From: Lingula anatina
Lineage: Eukaryota; Animalia; Brachiopoda
Length of the DNA stretch: 64,000 nt
Reading direction: 5' to 3'
NCBI GenBank assembly: GCA_051362555.1
Contig: CM120645.1
Location: forward strand, 6,138,001 to 6,202,000
The notes under the pieces are model-generated. The model was not told the DNA's origin and searched no databases. It saw nothing but the letters and a program-made list of their open reading frames with translations. Every line of letters starts with the position of its first letter. The first letter of the stretch is position 1. This document shows, piece after piece, positions 49,786 through 62,796 of the stretch. Made by a program: the position numbers and the translations under genes.

Positions 49786-51030
49786 CGGTAGTTTCTCCAA
49801 CATAACAATAGGTGGCGTGACTGCCTACTGCCAAGGTGGCAGATGGCCAAGACAAGAGTATCAAATGTTCAGTACAGAAGCAAATGGCAGATATCACATC
49901 TGTGGAGATTGGAGAAGGGAGGAAAATGGCATCTTTTTGCAAGAGTTAAAAGGATGCCAGAATCAGCTACCTCTCAGTTACCTGCATGGTATTTGTGATC
50001 AGCCTGTGTCCTGTCCAGGAAGGAGTGATAGTTCACCAATGCTGTAAAATGAACAGATACACCACTGGCCAGTAAAACTGCTGTACAACAGACTGAAGAC
50101 TAATGTTGAAGGGTCCTTGTATTGAGGCCTAGCCTGGAGAAAAATATATATTGTATGGCACCAACGCAAAAAATTTGTGGCATTTTTTTCCACATATGAA
50201 AGGATGAATATCACCACTTTAATGGCAACTGGGATGTTTATGACCAAAAATTTGAGGAGCGAGGGGATGTTTTGTCATTACAAAAAAGGACATATGATAT
50301 GTCATGTGAGAGTCATGTGACATATCATTTGAGCCATGTGACATATTGAGTAATAGTCACTTACTCTATAGATATGTACATGTATGTAATTAACTTTCTT
50401 AAACCCATCATTGGTGTGGGTAACTGCTATTATTTGGGCTCTCCTATAGCAATATAGCAATATTTAGCCTTGTATAAGTTACCGAGGCACATACAGACAT
50501 GATGCAATACCAAGACTGGTTTAGGTCCATATTTTCCCACCAAAAAAACGCCAACTGATTAACACCACATTTTTTGTGCAGGCTAGTTTGGGTCAGTTTT
50601 TGTTTCTGAATGCAAAGGCATCTGGCGTGTCTAATAAGCCTCAAAAATAACTAAATGAATGTACTCCTATTCGTTTTATTAACAGTATGGTACTACATTT
50701 TTTATGCCGAAAAGCTGCATGTGGCCAAAACAGTTACTTTAAGGAGGCAGATAAATACCTTTATGACTGACTCCACTGACATGGAGACTTTAAAGTCTAC
50801 ATTCCATTGGCATTTGAGATTGAACTAAATCTGTAATAGATGTCTTTTCCTAAAAGGGGGAAAGTTTTATTTTGTGTGCTTTATGAAAACTGATGTTCTG
50901 AATTCACCAGTCCTCTGTGATAGTTTACACAGTATGTGATAGGATTAATGTGATGTATTTGATTGTTGTTGAAATAGTTTTATAAGCAGGATTTAAGTTG
51001 ATCTCTCCAAAACCATCGTCTTCTTTCCTC

Positions 51031-51309
51031 AAGAGCGCATTCAGAACAGATGATCCACATATTAATTGATCTGTCGACTAAATGTGGCCGACCCCACCTT
51101 AAAGCAAGCCATCTAAATCTCTTGATGGTCTCCATGCCTCCACACGTGCCATTATGGATTAAATCTCGGCTCTGAGGTTTAATTGTTAGGCCCCTGCAGG
51201 GACGGAGGGAGACCATCAGGGGATTAGCGGCATTGCTTTTAAGTGGGTCAGCCATATTTAGTCGACGGATCAATTAGTCCGCAGATCAACTCATTCTGAA
51301 TGCGCTCTT
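51031..51309. mobile_element. Fold-back MITE with ~110-bp imperfect arms
   Basis: Termini AAGAGCGCATTCAGAA / TTCTGAATGCGCTCTT. Complementarity extends through aattgatc.gtcgactaaat.tggc.gaccc and tgatggtctcc/ggagaccatca. Confidence 0.8.
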
Positions 51310-53582
51310 AGTGTAAGGAATAAGAATATCTGGATCTGTACACAGACGTGGCTATGTTAAGAGTTGAGGTTTGGTTCAGTTCTGAACCTAGATTAGTAAC
51401 AGTCAAGCAAGATGCTACAACGATTTTAAATACCTGATAATTTCTCTTTTAGATAAATGTTAGTGATTAGGCAGTTTTTAGCTGATTTACTGTTTTTAGA
51501 TTGTGCAACTTGATAATATGCAACATTTGGAGTCTTGCATGCCATGTGAAGATTTCTTCACTGTACAATGTTAACACTTGAGGCAAAGCATTTTCTACTC
51601 TTTTATAACTTAAAGATATTTTATTAGTGTTTTTGTGGCACACACTTCACTTTTCTTGAAGTATTGTTTAGAAATGATACAGAGAAACATACTTTTCTCA
51701 TGGAACTTCATGAACTTGAAGAAATTTTTGCACTGCAGATTAATAAGAAAAGATTTACCCCCATGTTTTTACAAAGAACATGGTATTACTGCAGTCTTTT
51801 TGTTGATTTTTAGAGCACGATTAATGCAAGAAAGGAAAAGAATGAAGTTGGGATCTTTTCAAAGGCTCTCATAAAATAACACTGATAAATCCAGTGTTAC
51901 ACACCAAAGAGAATGCATTCTGAAAAGTCTTTGTACGAAAAATTATTGTTATAATATTATGTGAGATTAGAATATATGTCTTGTGAAGGGTTCTTTGTAA
52001 TTTGTAGTGAAATGTATCTTGTGCTTTTTGTCAAATTTGAAGAGAGGGCAGGGCACCCATTTATCCACAAGATTAAGCGCTCCACATTGAATGTTTTGAA
52101 ACAAAATATTTTATTCTTAGAATATAGATTTAAAATTACATAGTGGCAGTGCCATTGTATGTGTCTGCCTTTCAACTATTGTCTTTTTTATATGTTTTTG
52201 GTAACAGCATAATCAGTGGAAGTGTATGGTATTAAAAAGTCAATTAAATGTTTAGAGAAGTATGTGGTAGAAAACTGAGGCAACATATTTGTATGTGTGT
52301 AGTTTGGGTGGGGGGTTATATGTGCTTGTTTGTCTGAGTCTGTATCCTTAAAATTTGCTGTCCATGTGTTTATTATAAGATATATATATTTTCCCCTTTA
52401 AGATAATGAGGTGTAGTTATTTCATGTCCATAAATATGTGAATGCCCTATAAACTTGAAGTGTATATTTTAAGACATAAGGAGTGAATGACAAAATGCTA
52501 CAGGAAATGGATTTTATGTATATTGATATTTCTCAATGCCGTTAAGCTTCCCTTCATTCATACGAATTGCTGCATCCAAGTCTGTTTTCTAAATCAGTTT
52601 TTTAAGAACATGACAGTTTGTCATCTTCATTTCTCGTCATTAAAATTCAGTGTGGATTTTTTGAATGACAAACAAGCCAAATAACTGATCACAGAACTTG
52701 TTGATAAGGCAATTCCCCCTATGCCTCTTGTGAAATATGTACAAAGAAAGATAAAAAGTATACATACATTAAATGAGCAGCCTGTTGTAGTGTTTAATTT
52801 GAAAAATGCGTTTTAAAAAGCAATAAGATTTTAATTTTTAAAATTACAACTTTTTTATTGAAGCAGTGTTTTACTTTAAATTTTGGGATAGGAATAATTT
52901 TACAACTCGGAACTGGTGCGTCCTGATAGTCCAAAGGCACTGCGGGTAGGGTATCTACCTAAACAGCGTACCGACGGCAGATTTCAACAACTTGTCATGG
53001 AGTAGCCTGTTGATGTTTATATTTCTATGTAAAATACTTTTTAAAAAGCAAACATATTTTGATAATAATCCCCCCATAACATAAAATGGTTGGGAAATCA
53101 GATAATAATATTTGACAAATGAAGGTTTTTTAAGTTTGAAAACAAAATATAATGCACCAATAGCCTATGTAGGCCTACTGAATGATAACAGAGAATAGTG
53201 TTCACAAGCATTGATCGATGAGCATCCAAAAGCGCCAACGAGCGTCCGCAGGAATAAAATAAGTGAAAAATCAACGATTAAGCAGATATTTATCAAGCGA
53301 CGGCACTTGCAACACAAGATCAACAGGACTTGCAGAAGCGATTTTGCAAAGAACTGTAGAGGGGGGAGAAGATGCGGCAGAGAGAACAAGTCGAGTTTCG
53401 ACGTCGTCTCGACTCTCTGTCACGTCACGCCGGCGTGCACACCCAGTCCACCTAAGTCATATGAGCAGAATTCAGTGAGTAGTTCATTATTTGTTCATCC
53501 GAGGAGTAATCTAACAGCTCCCAGGTAGCCCCCTGATTTTGACAAAGTCATGTGAAAGCCATGTGATTTCCACTAGGGTACG

Positions 53583-53590
53583 TATATAAA
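53583..53590 (+). promoter_or_regulatory. TATA box of the meteorin-like gene
   Basis: TATATAAA 83 bp upstream of the ATG, with an Inr-like ccagtt ~25 nt downstream. Confidence 0.6.
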
Positions 53591-53665
53591 CGGTTCTTCT
53601 TAAAGCACCAGTTTTACAGGAACCCAGTTTCACACAGCAGTTGTGGTGAGGGAAGAAACTCCAAT

Positions 53666-56100
53666 ATGAACCGGGCTATGACAATTGTTGTCTATACTTC
53701 TGTTCTAACAGTTTGTTTGGGACTGGACTATCCAAGGAACGGTCCCTGCAAAGGTGATTATGATGGGTAAGCAATGGTATATGTTGTCTCGAAGTTTGTC
53801 TTCGACGGAAAATATTTATTAATTTTATTTTCATTGGCTGTCTTTTGTTTTGTGGGCCAACACTTATGTCTTAGAGTTACATTACAATAAAAGAAAACGG
53901 GACAAAAAGAATTTCTTGCCTTCAACTATCTGTGAAAATTGTTCAAATGATACAAACGTTACCGTTACATACGTGACCAAACAAGAAGGTGAAGGTGTTG
54001 TTTTCTGATTCCACTAATTGTTCTCTGTTGTCGCAACTCTGTGGTTGCGTGTGACGTTGTGTATGTGCCACGCTGGTTTTTACACGCTACATGGTAACGC
54101 TCATTCTTCTTTGTTACGTAAATATGATACATACGTTACCGATACATACGTTACCATGTAGCGTGTAAATACTTTTATTTTTATTGTTTGTTGTCCGTTT
54201 TGCAAACAAACGCCTTATTCTTACGGTATACTACATTACAATAAAAAGGAAAAGCAGTTCAAGTATAGATTACTTGTCTTGAAACCGTTTGTTGAAATTG
54301 TTTATATGATAGATATATACGTTACCAAATAACGTGAAGGTATTGTTTTATGATTTCATTTTTTGTTCTATGTTGTCGCGACTCTGTGGTTGTATTGTAT
54401 ATGTGGAAGTATATACATTTTTTTATGCACCTTGAAAGATCTACATTATAGTTGTTAAATACAATCCGAGCTTTCGGCCCCTGGGCCTTCTTCGGGGATT
54501 ATGAACAAAAAGTTAAAAAACGTAAAAAAAAACTCCTAGGATACGTGACGAAAGCTCGGATTGTATTTAACAACTATAATGTAGATCTTTCAAGGTGCAT
54601 CAAAATATATATACTTCTATTTTTATCAAGATCTATACGGTGAATTAACCTCAATCATATTGTATATGTGTGCACGCTTATTACGTCGCTCATTCTTTTT
54701 TGTTACGTTAATATGATACATACGTTACCGTTATTACGTCACTCATTCTTCTTTGTTACGTTAAAATGATACACACGTTACCGTTATTACGTCGCTCATT
54801 CTTCTTTGTTACGTTAAAATGATACATACGTTACCGATACATACGGAAGGTAACGTATATATATCGGTAACGTATGTATCATATTTACGTAACAAAGAAG
54901 AATGAGCGACGTAAAACCATGCGCGGAACGTCGTAGGAACACAGAGAGTCGTGACAAAGGACAACAAACAATGAAATCAAAAAACAACACCTCGTTATTT
55001 GGCAAAGTAGATATCGGTAACGTATCTATCATATAAACAATTTCAACGAACGGTTTCAAGACAAGTATTCTATACTTGCCCTGCTTTTTCTTTTTATTGT
55101 AATGTAGTATACCATAAGAAAAAGGCGTTTGCTCACAAAACGGACAACAAACAATAAAAATAAAAGTATTTACATAAATATTTATTGATTCTATTTTCAT
55201 TGGTTGCCTTTCGTTTTGTGGGCCAACACTTATGTCTTTATGTTACATTAAAATAAAAGAAAACGAGACAAATAAGATTTCTTGCCTCCAACTATCTGGG
55301 AAAATTGTTCATATGATACATACGTTACCGATACATACATGACCAATTAATATTTAGCTGTTGTTTTCTGATTCCATTGATTGTTCTCTGTTATCACGAC
55401 TTTGTGAGTGCGTGCGACGTTGTATATGTACGCACACATGTTTTTATGTCGCTCATTCTTATTTGTTGACAAAAAAAAACTATGCAGATAATTGTCTTAT
55501 TTTTCAGTCCTTACAAAGAGTCGGAGGTAAAAGAATACACTGCAATGGCTAACTGCACCGAGGGTCGCTTTGACTGGAACTTCCCCATGGGTGCAACTTT
55601 GTTTCGCATGCAGAGTTCAGTATACGATGACTTTCAGTTCTGTTTTCAAGATTTGTACGGCTCTCAACTGGCCGGGTACTGGAAAATTTACGACGTCACA
55701 GGCGAAAAGATTGTCCAGATCGCAAAACCCACTAGGAGAGGTAATATCTTAGTACGAAGAGGCACATTACAGAAAATTGACATAATGTTAAATTGTAATG
55801 ACCGACTTTTAAATATGTTCAAATCATGAAAGATCTCATTTAGTCTAAAGGTGTGTTTTTATCTCAAGTAAAGGTGAAACTTGTTGCTGTGGTATCTAAT
55901 CTAGGCCCTATATGCTGTTTCATGAATTAATTGTAAATATGTTGATTTCCCCCTCAATCTTTATGAAAAATATACACAAATATTTTACAGGTCAGGTTGT
56001 CTGTCGTCAATCCCAAAATGGCAGAGTTGGCCTTTTTCTGCAATCTACGGAGAAGAAAACATACGCCGCAGCGTTTGCGTACAAACTCGAGAGCAAATGA
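53666..56100 (+). CDS. Small secreted protein (~147 aa), meteorin N-terminal (CUB-like) domain only
   Basis: Exons 53666-53766, 55508-55740, 55991-56100 (phases 2,1). Signal peptide MNRAMTIVVYTSVLTVCLG; four mature Cys. CTEGRFDWNFPMGA resembles the meteorin C.EG.V.W.YP.GAL motif. AATAAA-like signal near 56180. Confidence 0.75.
54425..54600. mobile_element. Penelope-like element terminal fragment forming a 52-bp perfect inverted repeat
   Basis: 54425-54476 is the exact reverse complement of 54549-54600. The left arm and spacer contain a hammerhead motif of the PLE pseudo-LTR type. Confidence 0.6.
54463..54500 (-). ncRNA. Minimal type I hammerhead ribozyme motif (PLE-type)
   Basis: Minus strand reads AAUCC-CCGAAGA-A-GGCCC-AG-GGGCC-GAAA-GC-UC-GGAUU: stem I AAUCC/GGAUU, core C(C)GAAGA (U4C variant), stem II, GAAA, palindromic AGCU in place of stem III, and a UC cleavage site. 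Confidence 0.6.
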
Positions 56101-56610
56101 TGATGACATTTCACACGAAGTTGACCCAAATTTGTGCATGGCATTATGATTACTTTTCTCACTTGTAAGCAGCTTCTGAAATAAATTCAAAGTTGTTTCT
56201 GTACAGCTTACTCGTCATTTTATTCTCAGAAAACACGTAGGAAGCTCTAACTCTAGGAAGCTTGTTGAAATATTTTGGGAGACGAATCATCAGCGCTAAA
56301 ACCTGTATGTTAAGTACCGGGGTAGCTTTCCGTAGTTATCTATAATGTGCACTGAGAACTTAACCGTGTTCATTGTGTATCCATGCGTGTTTTCTCGTTA
56401 ACCATTTTTTACTATTTTTGCGTCTCCTACAGTGATTCACCATATAAATATATAATATTTCAATTCGAAATTATAAGATCTCGCACATGTGTACTGTACA
56501 AAAGACACAAAGTTTAAACCTGTGCAAATGAGTAACAAAAGCGGGAAAGCTTAATGAATAATTAAACTAGCGACCATAAAATCCAGAGTGGTTTAACTCC
56601 CAAGAGGGAG

Positions 56611-57642
56611 GTAGGGGAGACCGGGGCTACCTGTAGTTGGCCCGGTTAGACACTTTTGGCCTTGTAGAGCCAACTAGGAATGAGTTAGAGTAACAAAACC
56701 GGTTTTAAAGTTAGCCCCATGAACTAAGCTATGTATGCAACGTCATTATTTTTCAAATATAATGCCAGATGGCTCACAATTTGACAAAAAAAGCAGTTGA
56801 CGTCAGGGGGGCCAACTTGCCCCGCCACGGGGCAAGTTGGCCCCAGGGTCGGGGCAAGTTGGCCCCCCTATACAAAAATGAAGTAAATTTACCATGTAAA
56901 CGCCTTGAATTACATTTTGATACATTTTTAATTTGATTTTTGAGAGTCTTTGATGAATAAATAGTTCAAATGAGGCAGATTTATTGAGGTTTCCGTACGT
57001 CACGTTGTAGGGGGGTCTATGTGTTGCAAGAACCAAAATATCTATCAATAGAATTTGTTTTATTTTAATAAAGAATAAATTAATAATGGTATAAAGCAGG
57101 TTTTTAATGAATGAAAACGAATAATAAATTTTCGTTTTAAAAGAAAGTAACAAATTCAGTTTTAAACCATCGAGTTTGTTTTAACAATGGTCTCTAGCTC
57201 TGTTGCGCGCAAAGGTTTGTGGGTAATATGATGGTCCAACTTGCCCCGAGTCAAGGGGGCCCAACTAGCCCCGGGTGCACACTTTTTATTTTAAAGGATG
57301 GCAGCCATTTATGGTGCTAGAATAAGCAACGATGATACATCTCTGTGAAACTTGAAACAATGAGCTTCAGTTTGATGCCCTATACATATATTATATTTGA
57401 TCAAAAGCCTATGAAAATAGATTTTTAAATCTCTTAAACAAAATTACTTTTAGGTGCAAAAATCGTTTATTTCGACTCACCGCTTAAGTAAAACTTTTTA
57501 ACGTCCGACACTTCCTTAGTATTGTAGGCTACGGTCACTTTACAAGAGTATGTGGCCAATTTTTTTTACCTCGTAGTTACTTTTTCATAAATGGACGGGG
57601 GGCCAACTTACCCGGAGTCCAACTAGCCCCGGTCTCCCCTAC
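56611..57642. mobile_element. ~1 kb non-autonomous DNA transposon, TA-flanked (Tc1/mariner-pogo-like)
   Basis: TIRs gtaggggagaccggggcta ... tagccccggtctcccctac. Internal ggggcaagttggcccc repeats occur in both orientations (~56805-56870, 57235, 57256, 57600). No transposase ORF. Confidence 0.85.
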
Positions 57643-57920
57643 GTTGCGTAAATTGATATATGTGCACGAATTTGCTACATATTTTAACTTTCTTCGACCC
57701 AAATGGGTTTTAAAAAAAGCGCAGGTGCTTCTCTCTTTCTCTCTCCCACGCACTCCTTCTGTTTGTACTATTTTGTAAATAATAAAGAAAGCGCTCAAGT
57801 ATAAAAATTAAATTCAAGTAATAAGAATTTATAACATATAATAGCAGCTTTTTTTTTTATCTGTAGTGATATCATCTTTAAATAAAATAAAAATACAGAA
57901 ATAAAATGAAAAATACAGTG

Positions 57921-57992
57921 TTCCGGTACCGGGAATCGAACCCGGGCCGTCTGGGTGAAAACCAGAAATCCTAACCACTAGACCATACCGGA
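57921..57992 (-). tRNA. tRNA-Glu (anticodon TTC)
   Basis: TCCGGTA TG GTCTAGTGGTTAGGAT T TCTGG TTTTCAC CCAGA CGGC CCGGG TTCGATT CCCGG TACCGGA A: complete 72-nt cloverleaf, followed by a TTTTT Pol III terminator. Confidence 0.95.
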
Positions 57993-59442
57993 CTACATGA
58001 AATCGTGGTACTTTTAAAAGTAAGTTCTTGACATGATTATAACTATTTAAAACAAAGATAACTAGGGTTAATTAGCATTTTAATTAACAAGTGTATAACG
58101 AAATTTTTTAAAAGGTAAACAAATGGTGATTAAAACGTAACAGATTTTAATTCAGAAGTAGCTAGTTTCACGAGCATGCGCAGTTCTTAAACCAAGTTAA
58201 GAATGTGTTAGTTGGGACGTGCAGTTGTGACGATTGCGTTTCACTCTTGCAAGATAGGAACACATTTTCTAATATCTAAATTGATGGAAAATTAATTTTT
58301 TTAGATAATTTTGTTTAAACTGCTAACTTTCCCCCCTGAATTAATTCTTAACAATATTATTGTTTGTCCACTTAATGTTCTTATCACTGATGCAGAAATA
58401 GGGGATATGCAGCTAAAAGCCCCCTTCCCCAAAATAAAATTACTCAACAATAGGCCCAGGCAAGAGTAACTGCCAAGAAACACGTGAAGTAAGATTTGCA
58501 TTTCGTATTGTGATCTAAATGAATCAATCTTTTTCAATTTAGTATGATAACAACAGATAAATACATACATAAGATTTTTTTCACAATTTTATTACAAGTG
58601 TATTGCATTACACATTGTTGCATAATTTACATGGTTGTATACACATAAACAATAAATGAAATAAAAGTATTATACAAAAAGAGGCAATTTATTTGACCTT
58701 AAAATAAAGCCAATAGCTGTAACACAATGGTTGGGGGTATTTCTTTCTTATGGCTTTCCATTTTACTAACTTAAAAGTAATAAATTTGTATCTGTTAGCT
58801 TTCAACTTTGCACACCATCTTTGTGAATAAAAACATAGCTTATCAACTTCAAATCACTCACATAGTCAAAAACTAGTGCTCACAAAGCTGAGCAAATGGA
58901 AAGGAAAATACTGAACTGAACTGTAAACACTGCAGGGATTTTCCACGACCAGCTACAGTGCATACAACTTCCTGTTAGAAAACTATAATATAGTCATTAG
59001 AATTGGCAGATATGATGGCACATTTTATTGCTTTTATCTTAAGTCATGTTTTTATCGACAAGTCAATATTGAAAATTGAAAATAAAGCAAATTACAGAAA
59101 TCTTCAAATGTGTCTTTTAAGTTGGTCAAGTAACCTAGCTCTGCAGTCTCAACAAGTACAAAAACCTACCCCTTGTATATGCATAATAAGTTACGTTGTG
59201 TCAAGAATTTCTACAGCTACAATTGTATTATAAGTTGGCTCTTTTTTGACACAACAAATTCCACTTCTTTGTCTTTCATTATTTCATTTGCTTTAATTTT
59301 TTTTAAAATAATTAAACAATTTCTGATCATTATGAAACATGAGATGTTCTTTGCACTATACACAGTTCAAATATTAATCAAAACTTAAGCCACAAAACAA
59401 CAAGAATTCCCCAAACAAAACAATAACCATTTGGGCTAGAAA

Positions 59443-62400
59443 TTAAGAGACTATGCAATGCTGACTTTTATTTCTATTCTTATGTCTTTTACCACTACCA
59501 CTTTTACTACTTCCATTTGGCAAAGTGTTGGATTTCATAGAGGATGCCTTCATGGCTTTATCACTGTCATCAACATATGTGAGGCGGGCACCTGGGCGCC
59601 TCACTGGTCTGTAATAAAAGTCATCATCCTCTGAATCGCTGGAACTTGAACATGTGCTGCACTCGTCTCCAGACTGAACACGAAGAAACTTATCCACCAC
59701 AGCATTTTCTAAAGCAACGTCAGAGGAAGTCTTATTCAGCTGTGAGGACGACTGCGATGTATTGTGTGCATCAACACTAGCGCCCCCTTCGGTTTCAGAT
59801 CCAGATTGAAGATTTTGCGAAGGGGAGGAAGTAAAGCTCCTGCTTCGCTGACTCACGGAGGCATGGATGACTGGTTTTTCTTTGGGTCGTGATATGGGGT
59901 TCATCTGGTCATTCCCAGAGCTTGCCATGGCATAGTACCTATTCACTCGGTCTATGTAACGCTCAGTCCTTGTATAAGGTACTCTGCTGCTCTGATTGGT
60001 GAACTGAGGTGGAAGGGGTTGTAGGTGGGGTGGAAGAGGGGGGCGGGAATGGGACTGTGAAGAACGTGGATGGACCATGGGTCGTCCCAATGGGATCGGA
60101 TTGACCTGTGAGTCTCCCTGTTGAGGCCTCGCTTGCAGTCTTTGACTGTTTAAGTTTGCTAAATCTCCTTGAGTGCCATTCTCTGACCTACTTCTTACAT
60201 TAAGTTCTGTAGGCCTACTGGCTGCATTTGAGGGTCTAGTTCTCACTGTCAAGTCTCCATTTGGTGTGTGATATGTATGGGCCTGAGGAGAGTTTGGATA
60301 CATGTATGATCCATTTGGGACTCGGGGAGGCAACTGTGAACTATTGGGGTTCACCACTGGCACCGCAGTCTGTGGCGGGAGCTGTTTTGGCCGTGTGTCC
60401 TGATCCGAGGTATTACTTATTAAACTATCAAAACTAGTGTCCCTGAGATCTATAGGGTTTCGACTCCGCCCCTTTTGGTGCTTGATATCAGGGGCCAATC
60501 GAGTCTGTGTTTTGTACACTTGAAGGTTGGCATACTCGCAGTCTGATTGGCTGCTGTTTCCTCCTCGATCTCTGCGACTGCAGTCTGAGGAACAGTAAAT
60601 AACGCCGTGTTTGGGTAAGAAAGGTTTACCCAACAGTGGAGAGTTACAGGTGAAACACTTAAAGCAGCGGTCAGTGGCATGCCAGTGCTGACCATCATGA
60701 GTCATTTGTCCCTGGTCTACAGCAATGTGGTCGCCGCATGTGTCACAATACTCTGCAAACATCCTTTCGAAACATGTGCAGCAATATGGCCGCCCTTCGC
60801 GCATTATATAGCGCTGTCCGCCCAACTGCTGGTCGCATTCAAAGCAGCAGAAATGCTTCATGTGCCAGCTTCTTCCCTCTGCCTCTGTGCACTCGTCTGC
60901 AAATATTATCTGGAATGAAAAAATAAACAAGTTCAGAAGATTTAAATAACACATGTGAAGAATGAACCTCAACAGTTCCCAAAACATACACTGAAATAAT
61001 GTGATAAATGACAAATTTGCAAAGACTAAAGGGCATACCTTTCCATTCCATATTCTCAAAAAGCCATCTGGCAAATTTTCTGCATGTAAAAAACTACTAG
61101 TACTGACTTTTCATTAAATGTCTTTTTAAACAAAAGAAATCCATCATGCATGGTAATTTTAAAAACAAAACATCTTGCCAACAAGTTCAATTTCCAGAAA
61201 ATTTCAATGCATGACTAATATATACACGTCAATTTGAGAAATATCTTTTTTTAACATCATAAAATATATTTTATTGCAATATCTTCACCATCTTTGCTGT
61301 AGATTTGAAGCAACTTCTTTGGACTGTTACAAGCATGCAAACACTGCAAATTAGCCCCCAGATCCCATGCATAATAGATGAAGCATATTGTGAGCAGTTG
61401 GGGCCTGAATAATTGATGGAGGCCTAATTGCATCACTCTACAACAATGGAGAATTAGACTGATCTGTGTTCACACCAAACATGATTTATGGGACTCGGTT
61501 AGCATATCCTTCAGGTCTTGTCATTTCATTTTAATCTATTTTTGAATGCTAAAATGTCACTCCTTTTTACAGTCTTGCAAACAGAGATATCATTTAACAA
61601 TTTCAAGATAGGGAATCACAGTGAAATTTGATAAAAATTTTGAAACAGATCAATACATGGTTGGTACTTTTTTAATGCAACTTAATGCAACGTGTGAGAA
61701 ATATACACCTTATATTTCATTATCTTTTTCTTTATATTGTTCTTCAAAATAATTCATAGTAGAAATGACATCCACTAATGGGCACAAGTTTAGTAATGGC
61801 CTTATTAAATTTTTTTTTTCTTTGTCATTTACAAAGGAATTTTCCTGCTCATATACTATAAATACAGCCTAAACACTCAATGCTATCATGTGCAACATAA
61901 AATATTATCCATGCCCCGATGTAATTTGTTTTAAGCCAAAATAATGATATCCTATTCCAGAACTCCAGCATACTTCTGTTTCCTCTCTTTTAAATTTGGC
62001 ATGCGACTGGTTTTAAATAATGACAAGCCAGAATTACGTGAATGTTAAACAGTACGTCTGACAGCTGAACATAACACAGAGCAACCTCAGGCAGTTCAAA
62101 GTCATTTCTTAAAGTAAATAATTAGGTCTCTTGATTTGAAGTTGCACACACGACAACATACATTTGCATAGATGTGTTTGACTTATGACCTTCGCATTAA
62201 AAATGCTAACAAACTATAACACAGTTTGCCTCATATATGTAAACATTCACACTAGATCAACATTTACCTTTCATTCTATTTTGAGTTCTGTCAAAAACAA
62301 GTAAAAAAAAAAAACCTTACCCCTGGATTAAGGGACATTTTTTATAACTTCAGAAAAACACAAACATGTTAAACATGTCCAAAGGACTCTTGTAAAATGA

Positions 62401-62666
62401 AGTAGCAGCCCTTTCAGAAAAAGCTTTCCATCAACCTAAACCTAATTCATCACCTTACCCACCTCGTCGCAAGCAGCACAGCGCGGCTTGAGATTCTCCG
62501 CATGATGTCTGCCGCAGTACACGTGCGAGTCCTTGTAGAAGTAGATCAAGTCGACCAGGAGCTCCTTGCACGTGAAGCAGATGAAACAGGCTGGGTGCCA
62601 GCAGTTACTGTGGCCAGCTCTGGAGGCAAATACTGCGATGTCTCCTCCCTTGATGGTCTCCTTACA
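59443..62666 (-). CDS. PRICKLE: Prickle planar cell polarity protein, 3' part (LIM1-3 and C-terminus; PET-domain exons lie beyond the window end)
   Basis: Exons 62666-62463 ([24 protein letters not shown]...ELLVDLIYF...[19 protein letters not shown]) and 60909-59443 ([25 protein letters not shown]...[15 protein letters not shown]). Prickle-type [13 protein letters not shown] box, basic tail and CaaX motif CIVS*. Confidence 0.95.
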
Positions 62667-62748
62667 CTTGAAAGAAAGAAAGACGGGATTAGATGTCTGT
62701 TTACATATAGTAAATAAGAAATGTTCTTTTTTCTGCCATAGTCTTATT

Positions 62749-62796
<48 letters not shown>

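Larger units (their letters stand above)
53812..55470. repeat. Nested direct, inverted and tandem duplications filling intron 1 of the meteorin-like gene
   Basis: ~53812-54120 recurs directly at ~55179-55470. ~54100-54390 recurs inverted at ~54860-55175. ~45-bp units (ttacgtcgctcattcttctttgttacgttaa..tgatacatacgttaccg) occur x3 at ~54680-54840. Confidence 0.85.

Noticed and set aside
60910-61074. N-terminal 55 aa of the 543-aa prickle ORF
   Set aside because: This is intronic sequence upstream of the acceptor at 60909/60910.
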